This document shows positions 21,996-31,681 of a DNA stretch of 64,000 nucleotides, piece by piece. The first letter of the stretch is position 1; each line of letters begins with the position of its first letter. The notes under the pieces are model-generated. The model saw only the letters and a list, made by a program, of their open reading frames with translations, was not told the DNA's origin and made no database searches. Origin of the DNA: an uncultured Flavobacteriales bacterium (GTDB lineage: Bacteria > Bacteroidota > Bacteroidia > AKYH767-A > 2013-40CM-41-45); NCBI GenBank assembly GCA_964544885.1, contig CAZJDX010000018.1, forward strand, positions 4,108 through 68,107, written 5' to 3'. Made by a program: the position numbers and the translations under genes.

Positions 21996-23879
21996 ATGGC
22001 TTTAAGGTTATTTGAGAAAAACACGCCCCGTTGGATCATCTTTTCGATCGACCTGCTGATTTGCTTTACCTCCCTCCTGCTGGCCTATCTCGTTCGCTTT
22101 AATTTCCGCATCCCGGAAATAGAGATTGAGCGATGGATCTACGCGATACCTGCCCTCCTCGGTGTCCGGATTATCAGCTTTTACGTCTCCAGAATGTACA
22201 GGGGCATTATCCGCTATACCAGCACCCGCGACGCGCTTCGTGTGTTTTATACGGTCACTGCCGGTAGTATAGTCCTGGCCCTGGCCAACATTTTTTCATA
22301 TATCCTTATCGATATCTATCTGGTTCCTTATTCAATTATCATTATAGATTATTTCACCACCGTATTCATGCTTACCGCATTCAGGATTCTGGTGAAAAGT
22401 ATCTATCAGGAACTTAAAAATCCTTCGCGCGACAAAAAAAATGTAATCATTTACGGTGCGGGAGAATCCGGTGTGATAACAAAAAGAGCTCTCGACCGCG
22501 ATGCGGGCACCCGATACAAGATCATCGCTTTTGTTGATGATGACTCAGACAAGACAGGAAAAACACTGGAGGGCGTAACGATCTTCAATGCCGATACCGA
22601 CCTTGAAGACCTTCTCCGTTCAAACGATGTAGCACAGCTTATCATCAGCATCCAGAATATCTCTCCCCTGAGAAAACAACAGATCATTGAAAAGTGTCTG
22701 AACTATAATGTCAAAATTCTGAATGTGCCTCCGGTAAATCTCTGGATCAATGGCGAGCTCAGTTTCAGACAGATCCGGAATATAAAGATAGAAGACCTCC
22801 TTGAACGCGAACCGATACAGCTAAACCTGGAAAAGCTGAGTAAACAGATCAAGGGTAAAACAATTCTGATAACGGGCGGAGCCGGATCCATCGGATCGGA
22901 GATAAGCCGTCAACTCATACGATTTGAACCCGGGATGCTGGTGATTCTTGATCAGGCTGAATCGGCGCTGTATGAACTTGAACTGGAGATTAATGAAAAG
23001 TATGGATGGAATAAAATTGAAACGGTGGTAGGCGATATCAGACAGGTGAGCAGGATGAAAAGACTTTTTTCACATTTCCGGCCCGACATTGTCTTTCACG
23101 CCGCGGCTTACAAGCATGTACCGGTGATGGAAAATAATCCATCCGAAGCCATCCTTACCAATGTTGAAGGTACAAGGATCCTTGCCGACCTTGCTCATGA
23201 AAACGGCGTGGAGAAATTCGTTATGATCAGTACCGATAAAGCGGTGAATCCATCCAGCATCATGGGGGCGACAAAAAGGATTGCTGAGATCTATTGCCAG
23301 TCGATGAATGCCGTCTCAAAAACGAGGTTCATCACCACAAGGTTTGGAAACGTTCTTGACAGCAACGGTTCGGTAATACCCAGATTTAAAAAACAGATAG
23401 AGGAAGGTGGTCCGGTTACGGTAACGCATCCCGATGTAACACGCTTCTTCATGACCATACCGGAAGCATGCCAGTTGGTACTGGAAGCCGGGGCCATGGG
23501 ACAGGGAGGAGAGATATTCATTTTCGACATGGGACAAAGTATCCGCATCGTGGATCTGGCAAGAAAGATGATCATGCTCAGCGGACTGAGCCCGGGAAAG
23601 GATGTGCAGATTGTATTTTCCGGATTGAGACCGGGAGAGAAGATTTACGAAGAACTGCTTGCCGATAAAGAAACCAATCTTCCCACCCACCACAGTAAAA
23701 TCATGATAGCCAAAGTGCGGCAATACGACCATTATGAAATAACATCAAGCATAAAGGAATTAACTTCCATGTTCAATACGCAAAACAATACAGCAATCGT
23801 AAGAAAGATAAAAGAAATTGTACCTGAATATCTCAGCTCCAACTCCGAATATGAAAGCCTGGATGTTAAGCCCGCGTAA
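21996..23879 (+). CDS. Polysaccharide biosynthesis protein, CapD/PglF-type nucleoside-diphosphate sugar dehydratase
   Basis: Four N-terminal TM helices, IYGAGESG, ITGGAGSIGSE, HAAAYKHVP, STDKAVNP, TRFGNVL, GLRPGEKIYEEL. Confidence 0.93.
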   Translation: MALRLFEKNTPRWIIFSIDLLICFTSLLLAYLVRFNFRIPEIEIERWIYAIPALLGVRIISFYVSRMYRGIIRYTSTRDALRVFYTVTAGSIVLALANIFSYILIDIYLVPYSIIIIDYFTTVFMLTAFRILVKSIYQELKNPSRDKKNVIIYGAGESGVITKRALDRDAGTRYKIIAFVDDDSDKTGKTLEGVTIFNADTDLEDLLRSNDVAQLIISIQNISPLRKQQIIEKCLNYNVKILNVPPVNLWINGELSFRQIRNIKIEDLLEREPIQLNLEKLSKQIKGKTILITGGAGSIGSEISRQLIRFEPGMLVILDQAESALYELELEINEKYGWNKIETVVGDIRQVSRMKRLFSHFRPDIVFHAAAYKHVPVMENNPSEAILTNVEGTRILADLAHENGVEKFVMISTDKAVNPSSIMGATKRIAEIYCQSMNAVSKTRFITTRFGNVLDSNGSVIPRFKKQIEEGGPVTVTHPDVTRFFMTIPEACQLVLEAGAMGQGGEIFIFDMGQSIRIVDLARKMIMLSGLSPGKDVQIVFSGLRPGEKIYEELLADKETNLPTHHSKIMIAKVRQYDHYEITSSIKELTSMFNTQNNTAIVRKIKEIVPEYLSSNSEYESLDVKPA

Positions 23880-23891
23880 TCAATACTCTTC

Positions 23892-24311
23892 ATGTTCAGA
23901 CATAAATACAAACCCTCGATACGCTTCTCAGACATAGACGCTTTCGATCACGTTAATAATGCCCGCTATCTGACCTATTTTGAAGAGGCAAGGATTGCCT
24001 ATTTCAGGGAGATAGTTGGCTGGAATTACGACTGGAGTAAAAAAGGAATTATCCTTGCCAAAGCGGTAGTTGACTACATTGTTCCGGTACGGTTCAACGA
24101 TGATGTCAGTATTTATACCAGGTGCAGCAGACTTGGAAGTAAAAGCTTTGATCTTCAGTACAAACTGGTAAGAACGGATGGAAACCATGAGATTTTGCTA
24201 TCCGATGCGAGCACCGTCATGGTCGCATTTGATTATGATGAACAGAAAACTATTGAGATTCCTGCTGAGTGGAAGGATCTGATCAGGGTATATGAACTTG
24301 AGAAGCCATAA
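23892..24311 (+). CDS. Acyl-CoA thioesterase (hotdog fold)
   Basis: IRFSDIDAFDHVNNARYLTYFEEAR. Confidence 0.9.
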   Translation: MFRHKYKPSIRFSDIDAFDHVNNARYLTYFEEARIAYFREIVGWNYDWSKKGIILAKAVVDYIVPVRFNDDVSIYTRCSRLGSKSFDLQYKLVRTDGNHEILLSDASTVMVAFDYDEQKTIEIPAEWKDLIRVYELEKP

Positions 24312-24314
24312 AAG

Positions 24315-24348
24315 CATACAGCCTGTTTTTACGGAAACAGGCTGTATG
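24315..24348. terminator. Bidirectional terminator between convergent genes
   Basis: Perfect 14-bp stem CATACAGCCTGTTT/AAACAGGCTGTATG with a 6-nt loop. A-run on the left gives a T-tract on the minus strand. Confidence 0.75.
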
Positions 24349-24379
24349 ATCCACACAAACACCAAAAACAATAATCTCT

Positions 24380-24997
24380 TTACTGAAGAATTATCCTTTT
24401 CACTTCCCTTGAAATTCCTGTACCAAATTCAGCCAGGTAGATCCCTTCGGTTAAATCCGCCAAGCGGATTCTGATCAATTCACCTTTAACAGGCTGGATC
24501 AACGCTGACGTATATACAGATCGTCCGCTCAGGTCCATTACACGAATTGTTCCCGGAATGTTTTGCGAGGATTCAAAACGCACAAGCAGTGACCGGTCGC
24601 CTGCATCCTGGTAAACAAAGAACCGGGGTTTAGACATGGAACTTTCTTCAATATCAGTGGTACCGCTGGCCGTAAAGCTTCCCGTCATGCCCATTGATTG
24701 ATGAGGCTGACAAAAATAAGAATAGGTTCCGGGATGGTTCACAACATAAGAGAAGGAAGGAGTGGTGGAACTGATCGGGCTATCCCAGCCGGCCGCTCCT
24801 GCAGGGATCACTTCTGAAGTAGTGGTGTGAAAACCATCGTGCCAAAACCAGGTCACCGTATCGCCAACCGAAACTAACAGGTTGCGGGGATTAAACTCAA
24901 AGTCTTCCACTTCGATCATGTGATTGGTAGCGAAGCTGCTTCCCGAAAGGAGAAGAGCGGCTCCAAGTAATCTGATTTTACTGTATACCTTTTTCAT
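24380..24997 (-). CDS. Secreted type-1 (blue) copper protein, plastocyanin/azurin family, with T9SS sorting domain
   Basis: Signal peptide (MKKVYSKIRLLGAALLLSGSSFA), VGDTVTW, GFHTTTS, YFCQPHQSMGMTG (Cys/His/Met ligands), C-terminal GIYLAEFG...KRIILQ. Confidence 0.85.
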   Translation of the reverse strand: MKKVYSKIRLLGAALLLSGSSFATNHMIEVEDFEFNPRNLLVSVGDTVTWFWHDGFHTTTSEVIPAGAAGWDSPISSTTPSFSYVVNHPGTYSYFCQPHQSMGMTGSFTASGTTDIEESSMSKPRFFVYQDAGDRSLLVRFESSQNIPGTIRVMDLSGRSVYTSALIQPVKGELIRIRLADLTEGIYLAEFGTGISREVKRIILQ

Positions 24998-25020
24998 AGT
25001 TTTGTTTTTGAAATTTTCAT

Positions 25021-25052
25021 CAAAATTAGCCTGACACGGCTCTGATGCCAAA
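25021..25052 (-). promoter_or_regulatory. Complete Bacteroidota promoter for the cupredoxin gene
   Basis: Minus-strand TTTG (25052-25049), 20-nt spacer, TAATTTTG (25028-25021). Confidence 0.7.
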
Positions 25053-25250
25053 GGAGCATTGCTGAACCGGTAAAATCCGATGCTGAACGGGAATAAAGAA
25101 GACTATGGAAGGTAACCAGTCAGGAGATTATACCCAAAAACAGGAACAGGCTGAACCATTCTTCAGGGCAGGCATTCCATCAGGAATCGACCGGAGAGGA
25201 AATGCACAGAAAGACAAAAAGCGGTAACAATAATAGTATTCAGGAGGAGC

Positions 25251-25832
25251 TCACCCGTGTACCGTTTCCTTCCTGCCAAACTTACGGATAATCATTGCTT
25301 CGAAATCAAGAAACTCCTGCCAGCGTTTATCAATGTCAACACCTTTTGCATACTTCCGGGCAAGGGTGATGAAGAGCGTATAGTGATTGGCTTCGCTTAT
25401 CATTAGCTCATGGTAAAAAGCGCTCAGATCAGGATCGCTGATATTCTCGGAGAGGACTTTAAATCTTTCACAGCTTCTGGCCTCTACAAGTGCAGAAAAC
25501 AGAAGCCGGTCTGCCAGTACGATCTCGCGGGAATGACCTTTCCTTATAAAGGTATTGAGTTCATATACATACTCATCCCTTCTTTCCCTTCCCAAAACAA
25601 GTCCTCTTTCCTTAATCTTATCATGAACCATCTGGAAATGGCTCAGTTCTTCACGGGCCAGTTCCAGCATGGCATCGACCAGTTCCGGAATATCCGGATA
25701 ATTGATCACCAGGTTTATGGAATTCGTTGCCGCTTTCTGTTCACAGTAAGCATGATCTGTAAGTATTTCGGGAATATTCTTTTCAACTATGTTCACCCAA
25801 CGCGGATCTGTGGGTAATTTCAATCCAAGCAT
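25251..25832 (-). CDS. miaE: tRNA-(ms2io6A)-hydroxylase
   Basis: LTDHAYCEQKAA, AREELSHF, ALVEARSCERF, SEANHY (diiron ligands). Confidence 0.92.
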   Translation of the reverse strand: MLGLKLPTDPRWVNIVEKNIPEILTDHAYCEQKAATNSINLVINYPDIPELVDAMLELAREELSHFQMVHDKIKERGLVLGRERRDEYVYELNTFIRKGHSREIVLADRLLFSALVEARSCERFKVLSENISDPDLSAFYHELMISEANHYTLFITLARKYAKGVDIDKRWQEFLDFEAMIIRKFGRKETVHG

Positions 25833-25965
25833 GACATGAGATTTAACAGGATTAAGGATTCAAATTAACATGGAATGTAAGAAATAATTTCAAAATAAAA
25901 AAATATTCTTTGACTGGACGGCAACTTATTCCGCTTTATATTTGTAAGAGTAAGAATTAATACAG

Positions 25966-26442
25966 ATGTCTCCTTTGATTATATATGGAAATAAACTAAG
26001 TGTTCCTGTAACCAGGGAGTTCAGGCAATTGGTCAATATTTCCATTGCAGCAGGGAAGTTCATTCTGATCCATCCGCACTATGAACTGATTCGCGAAGCA
26101 ATGAGGCTGGATGTGATCGAAGATGAACAACTGGAAGATTTCGAGGTGCATAACTGGCAATTCGAAACAGGCGAAACGATCACCTACGACCTGGAAGAAG
26201 TACTCTTCCTGTATGCCTTGCTGGAATTAAGCTGCCGGATTTTTCTTTGTGAGATTGGAGATGATCTCAAACAAATGGCCATCGAAAGCGGAGAAACCAG
26301 TGAATCGGAATTCAACCGCGTACGCAGTTTCTATTTGCGTCAGGCAGGCGATTTTTTACAAAAACTAAAAAACAGTTTTTCAGGCAGGGAAGAATTCGAT
26401 CGACTGGTGGCAAAGATCGAACAGCTGAATATTTCGGCGTGA
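25966..26442 (+). CDS. Hypothetical acidic helical protein
   Basis: 158-aa ORF filling the gap, preceded by TATATTTG (25937-25944) and an A-rich leader. No family recognised. Confidence 0.7.
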   Translation: MSPLIIYGNKLSVPVTREFRQLVNISIAAGKFILIHPHYELIREAMRLDVIEDEQLEDFEVHNWQFETGETITYDLEEVLFLYALLELSCRIFLCEIGDDLKQMAIESGETSESEFNRVRSFYLRQAGDFLQKLKNSFSGREEFDRLVAKIEQLNISA

Positions 26443-26473
26443 TTTAACGCAAGTTCTCCCAGACATTTTTCTT

Positions 26474-28408
26474 TCATTTGATTTCCCCGCTATCTTTGGC
26501 TAAGCTATCACCCTGCACAACCAATTCTCTTGCCGGCCCTTGCAGCAATACCGACGGAATCAGCTGATCATACTGCTGTTGGGTGATCAGGTTTTTCTTC
26601 AGCATGAAATTCGAAACAATACGGAAATATCCTTCAAGATGTGGCTTCAGATTCCCGCTTTCATCGAATGATGAACGGAACCATTTTGGATGAGGAAGCA
26701 AACTGGCAAGGAAGATGCTCTCCGCCAGGTCAAGTTCGGCGGGACGCTTGGCAAAATAAAACTGCGCGGCCTCTCCTATTCCGTAAATGCCCGGACCCAG
26801 CTCAATGATATTCAGGTACACCTCAAACATTCTCTGTTTTGTGACCAGTCTGTTGTTCTCGATAAGCCAAACGATCAGCGCCTCCTCGGCCTTTCTTGAG
26901 ATGGTCTTCTTTCTGGTCAGGTAAACATTTTTAACCAGTTGCATACTGATCGTACTTCCGCCACGCTGAAATTTCCCGGCCTTGTAATTGGTGGCGATCG
27001 AACTCCGGAAGGCGTCTTCATTAAAACCACGATGATGGAAAAAATTGCCGTCCTCCGAACTGAGTACAGCGCTTTGAAAAAAGTGCGATATGGAATCGAG
27101 GGTGCAGAATGCCGGATTTGCCGGCCCTACCTCAACTAACCTGTGTAACCTGTCATTTTCATATACATAATGTGTGAATTCGGTATTCATTTTACGCAGG
27201 TCATCCTTTCCAAATCCGGTCAGTCTGAAGCGATGCTTTTTCATTCCCGATTCAAAAATCAAACTATCCGGACTGGAAGTGTCGAAACGGAAATCCAGAC
27301 TGTATTCCAGTTTACCCGTACCTTCAACATCCCTGACCACATCAAACATTCCTTCAGGTAATGAATAAAAAAAGTCAGTCGCTTCCGCAGGATCCGTCCT
27401 GACTTTGAGTTCAAATATGGTCTTTCTGTTGCGCTCAATTCTGAAAAATGGTCGGGCTATTATACTGTTTAACCTGAACCTGGTCGAACTGTCAAGCTGA
27501 AGGGCATTGGCTGAAACCCTGATGAAAGGATCAAAAAATATTCTCTTTAACCGCACTGTATCCTGAGAAATCTTCTTGTGAAAGAACTGGAGATCATGAG
27601 CTGAAAAATGCCCTGCGATATCCAGCTTACCATTCGCATACCGGAGATCGGACATAGCCAGATGAACCGTATCAAAACTGCAATCAGCACCGGTAAGGCT
27701 GCTCAATACCGGCAGGTGTTGCTTTATTCCACTTACCGGGTAAATGCTGAGATCAAAGGTTTCCCGGCGTTGTGAAAAATTTCCCGTCATTTTCCATTGC
27801 AGTCCGGTGCTTTCATCTTCCAGTACGCCCTCCAGCTCTTTCAAACCGCTTTGATAATATGGGATCCTCAGCCTCTCCTGCAGACTGTCATTACTCAGTT
27901 CAATTCTGAAATTCCTGATCCCTGCTTGCTGTGGCGCCAGATTGAAGGCTCTCCTAAGCAATCTGTTCAGCAAGGAAGCATAATTGCTTTCCCCTGACTC
28001 AGCCTGCGCATCAGTACTTGTTTTTACCTGTGCAGGACTTGAGTAATTGCACTTACCGTCAATACAGGTGATATTGAGGATGGAGTTTGAAACATAAAAG
28101 GATTTTATCCTGATTCCACCACTGAGCAGTTCGGTAATTGATGGTTCCAGTTGCAGTGTATCAGCTATAAAAAAGTCAGGTTCTCCGTTCCTGTAAATAC
28201 GCAATCCGTACAGGGATATGGAAGCCAGTTTTTCAACCTTGCTTTGACCTACGACCAGACTAAGTCCGGTCCTTTCTTCAAGTTCTGCCCCTGCCTTAGC
28301 AAGAGCATAATCCAACACTCTTCCCCTGAACAGAAAAAACAACAGCATGACGAGGAGGGAAAAGGAAGAAACTATCAACAAAAAGTTAAGCAGAATTTTT
28401 CTGTCCAC
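26474..28408 (-). CDS. Monofunctional peptidoglycan transglycosylase (GT51) with long N-terminal extension
   Basis: N-terminal TM helix, AVLSSEDGNFFHHRG, RGGSTISMQLVKN, RKAEE, EVYLNIIELG. No transpeptidase domain. Confidence 0.88.
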   Translation of the reverse strand: MDRKILLNFLLIVSSFSLLVMLLFFLFRGRVLDYALAKAGAELEERTGLSLVVGQSKVEKLASISLYGLRIYRNGEPDFFIADTLQLEPSITELLSGGIRIKSFYVSNSILNITCIDGKCNYSSPAQVKTSTDAQAESGESNYASLLNRLLRRAFNLAPQQAGIRNFRIELSNDSLQERLRIPYYQSGLKELEGVLEDESTGLQWKMTGNFSQRRETFDLSIYPVSGIKQHLPVLSSLTGADCSFDTVHLAMSDLRYANGKLDIAGHFSAHDLQFFHKKISQDTVRLKRIFFDPFIRVSANALQLDSSTRFRLNSIIARPFFRIERNRKTIFELKVRTDPAEATDFFYSLPEGMFDVVRDVEGTGKLEYSLDFRFDTSSPDSLIFESGMKKHRFRLTGFGKDDLRKMNTEFTHYVYENDRLHRLVEVGPANPAFCTLDSISHFFQSAVLSSEDGNFFHHRGFNEDAFRSSIATNYKAGKFQRGGSTISMQLVKNVYLTRKKTISRKAEEALIVWLIENNRLVTKQRMFEVYLNIIELGPGIYGIGEAAQFYFAKRPAELDLAESIFLASLLPHPKWFRSSFDESGNLKPHLEGYFRIVSNFMLKKNLITQQQYDQLIPSVLLQGPARELVVQGDSLAKDSGEIK

Positions 28409-28698
28409 GGTGCGGCGAATTCAGTCACAAATTTGCGAAAAGCAATGAGGATACAAAACAATTAAAGACATAATCCGATCTACTCCCGTTCAGATTCTGA
28501 AGGCTCTTCATGGGTAATTCTGTATGTTATATGAATTAATTCCATGACAACATATTTGCACCAGACTGTTGGCAATTAAGCCTCAGAGGATGAAAGACGA
28601 TTGAATATTCATACACATGCTTCCGTTAATAATTTCCCGTACTTTATACCAGTCCTATTGCACGGAAGACTATTTTAGTTCACCGAATAAAATTACTG

Positions 28699-29934
28699 AT
28701 GTCCGCCTCTCAACCGCCTTCACTATACAATCTCATTCTTTCACTACTGATTCTGAGCTTCCTTCATTCCAGGGCTCAGGCGGAAGTCAGACCGCCCGGT
28801 GTACTGAAAAGAGAGCATCTCGAAGAGTTGCAAAATCTTCGCGCGAAAGCAAGCGAGAAAGCTTCCCGCAACCTGAACAGATTTGCCATAGAGGACCTCA
28901 AACTCTACGATTCCCTGCTTGATTCCTTAAGTGAAACGGAGATTACCGATTCCATCATGAAACTGGAAGCGGAATATGACCGGTCAACAGGCGGAAGAAA
29001 AGAGGAACTGGAAAGAAACAGACAAAGCATTGAAGAATTAAGGACGGCAAGTGTATCAAATGAATCAAGATATAATAACCTCCTTCGTAAGGCAGGTATT
29101 GCATTTGCAGCCTGGTTCATTATCGTTTTCATCATTCTTCAGGTAAGGAAAAAACACCTCCGCAGGCAGGAAAAAATGCTCAGTGACAGTAATACAAAGC
29201 TACAGTCACTCCTGTCCAAACATGAATCAGGTGAAAAAATACTTCGTGCGACCTCAAAGATCCTCGAACAACACAACAGAATGCATCAATCCGCGGCCGC
29301 CTTGCAAAAGCTGAGCGATCAGGATGGGATGCTGAAAAATGATTCTGTCACCTTACGCATCAGAGAACTTGAACAAAAATTCCTCCAGGAGATAAGTATC
29401 GACCGCTATCTGAACACACTGGAGAGAGAACCGGGTACGGACTTAGAGCCAACAGACATCAATCCGCTTTGCGCGGCTGCCCTGGAAATTGCCTTTCGCG
29501 GCAATTGTTCAAACCTGTCTCCCGGAACAGTCGCAGTGAATACCGATCTTGAAAAAAATCTTCCTAAAATTAAAGTGGCTCCGGATGCGCTCCGGATCGT
29601 TCTTCTGAATATTCTTGACAACGCATTTCGCGCGGTGAAGCAAAAGCTAGATACAGGTCTGAAAGCGTATACTCCGAAAGTGGTATTAAGTACCAGGGTT
29701 CTGCCCCGTTTTGTTCAGATCCGCATAAGGGACAATGGAGCCGGGATTCCGAAGGACCAGCTGGAAAAGATAAGGGAAGAATTCGTTTCCCTGCGGCCTC
29801 TTGAAGAAGGAGCCGGACTGGGTTTATCCGAAAGTATCAGATTGCTTGGCGAACCCAATAAGGGAGAACTGATCATTGAAAGTGATCCTGATGAGGGAAC
29901 TGATGTTTATATTAAATTGTTTTTGCAAAATTGA
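28699..29934 (+). CDS. Membrane sensor-kinase-like protein with HATPase_c domain and non-canonical H-box
   Basis: Signal peptide, TM (AGIAFAAWFIIVFIILQV), N box NILDNAF, G1 DNGAGI, G2 GAGLGLS. No HE-x-x-N/T-P motif. Confidence 0.75.
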   Translation: MSASQPPSLYNLILSLLILSFLHSRAQAEVRPPGVLKREHLEELQNLRAKASEKASRNLNRFAIEDLKLYDSLLDSLSETEITDSIMKLEAEYDRSTGGRKEELERNRQSIEELRTASVSNESRYNNLLRKAGIAFAAWFIIVFIILQVRKKHLRRQEKMLSDSNTKLQSLLSKHESGEKILRATSKILEQHNRMHQSAAALQKLSDQDGMLKNDSVTLRIRELEQKFLQEISIDRYLNTLEREPGTDLEPTDINPLCAAALEIAFRGNCSNLSPGTVAVNTDLEKNLPKIKVAPDALRIVLLNILDNAFRAVKQKLDTGLKAYTPKVVLSTRVLPRFVQIRIRDNGAGIPKDQLEKIREEFVSLRPLEEGAGLGLSESIRLLGEPNKGELIIESDPDEGTDVYIKLFLQN

Positions 29935-29939
29935 CACGC

Positions 29940-30731
29940 ATGAGATCAAGAGCCATACTGTCTGTTTCCCTTCTCCTCCTTCTGCAGTGTACTTCAGCCG
30001 GTGCACAGAAGGCCGGCGAACTGAATGAAATATATGAAGCGGCAAAAACTCTGTATGTAAAGCCGGAAACCCTCGACCGGCTGCTGATCAGAATGAGAAG
30101 CATTGAAGCTGATTTACCGGAAGATCAGGAAGCTTTATTACTGGAAACCTACCGGATCATTTCCGATCAGTATGTTTCCAATAATCATTATAGCCAGGCA
30201 TTTCAGGTGCAACTCAAATACACTGAACTTAAAGAGAATTATACAGCCAGAAAATTCACAAAGGCCATTGATACTACCAGAAAAAACATTCAACTGAGAA
30301 GAACAACTGACGGGACGGAGCTTATGAATCTTCAGAATCAGGTTCAGCAGTTGCAGATTGATAACGACCTCCTAATAAGCAAGAGACTGAGCTTCAGAAA
30401 ATATTTTTCACTCATCATCATTATTCTGAGCAGCCTCTTCGCGATCATGCTTGTCCGTTCGGCTGTCAAACTGTATGGCATAAGAAACCAATTGAAAGAA
30501 AACCGTGACCGGATGAAATCAGTTCACAGGTTGGCTGTGATTGGATCACTCAGCAATGGTCTTGCCGGAAGGATAAGACTGGATACCATAAGCACGGAAG
30601 AAAGCTCAAGGGAACTTTTAAAACTGCTGGAAAATAATCAGGCTCTGAATAAAGAAGCCACGGATCAGGTAAAAAATATCAATCTCCAGTGCAAGGAGAT
30701 CATTAAGTCCTTGAACACAGCAGGCATCTGA
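29940..30731 (+). CDS. Sensor-kinase N-terminal-like membrane protein lacking the catalytic domain
   Basis: Signal peptide, helical periplasmic region, TM (YFSLIIIILSSLFAIMLV), coiled coil ending LAVIGSLSNGLAGRIR, resembling the xSLGxLTAGIAHE H-box lead-in without the His. Confidence 0.6.
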   Translation: MRSRAILSVSLLLLLQCTSAGAQKAGELNEIYEAAKTLYVKPETLDRLLIRMRSIEADLPEDQEALLLETYRIISDQYVSNNHYSQAFQVQLKYTELKENYTARKFTKAIDTTRKNIQLRRTTDGTELMNLQNQVQQLQIDNDLLISKRLSFRKYFSLIIIILSSLFAIMLVRSAVKLYGIRNQLKENRDRMKSVHRLAVIGSLSNGLAGRIRLDTISTEESSRELLKLLENNQALNKEATDQVKNINLQCKEIIKSLNTAGI

Positions 30732-30740
30732 AATTGAAAC

Positions 30741-31676
30741 ATGGTTTTGAAGGAACGGCCACTGGTTATTTGTATCGGCGCTTCACTTATTGATCTCAAT
30801 TTCCGTTTTAAAGACAAGACTGAATACAGGTCTTCCAATCCGTCCCGGCTCTTTAAAAGCCCGGGCGGAGTCATGAGGAATATTGCACATCACCTGGCCT
30901 TACTTGGAAACAGAATTGAGCTCATCTCTATTTTCGGAACTGACAGTGACGGGGAATGGCTGAAAAACAGTTGTCATGCGGTTGGAATCAGTACTAATAA
31001 CTCCGTATTCCTTCCTCAAAATACAGGAACCTACGCTTCTTTCCTTTCAACAGACGGCGACCTGATTATCGGAGCCGTTGAAGACTCAATAAATGACGCG
31101 CTCGATATTCCCCTGCTTGCATCCAGGGAGGGAATTATTCAAGGGGCGGACCTTGTTCTGGCTGATTGTAATCTTGCTCCCGCATCGTTAAAGTGGCTCA
31201 TTTCCTATTGTGAGACCAAGGGAATTCCACTGGTGATCGAAACCGTCTCTGTAAGCAAATCGGAAAGGCTGAAGAAAGCACTCCCCGGAAAGATACTTAT
31301 GATAAAACCCAACGAGGATGAAATTCAGGTGTTCGGAAAAATTACTTCCATGGTAAGCGACAGCGATTTGATCATCCGGGAACTTCATGAACTTGGAATA
31401 GAATATGTCTGGCTAAGCAAAGCATCAAAGGGTTCCTTTCTTTCGGGAAGGAATAAAAACTGGTCGCTGAAAGCCCCGCAGGTTAAAATAGTGGACAGCA
31501 GCGGCGCAGGTGATGCCGCTACCGCCGGATGGATCCATGCCTGGCTCAGAGAAAAGGACCCGTTGCTGTGTATGAAAACGGGTCATGCCATGGCTGCAGC
31601 CATTCTTGAATCAAACGGAGCTGTGCGTGATGACCTTTCGTTAAACCTGTTGAATTCATACATGGATAAAATCTGA
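30741..31676 (+). CDS. PfkB family kinase, probable pseudouridine kinase
   Basis: GGVMRNIAHHLALLG, IKPNEDE, DSSGAGDA. Adjacent to psuG. Confidence 0.85.
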   Translation: MVLKERPLVICIGASLIDLNFRFKDKTEYRSSNPSRLFKSPGGVMRNIAHHLALLGNRIELISIFGTDSDGEWLKNSCHAVGISTNNSVFLPQNTGTYASFLSTDGDLIIGAVEDSINDALDIPLLASREGIIQGADLVLADCNLAPASLKWLISYCETKGIPLVIETVSVSKSERLKKALPGKILMIKPNEDEIQVFGKITSMVSDSDLIIRELHELGIEYVWLSKASKGSFLSGRNKNWSLKAPQVKIVDSSGAGDAATAGWIHAWLREKDPLLCMKTGHAMAAAILESNGAVRDDLSLNLLNSYMDKI

Positions 31677-31681
31677 AACTT

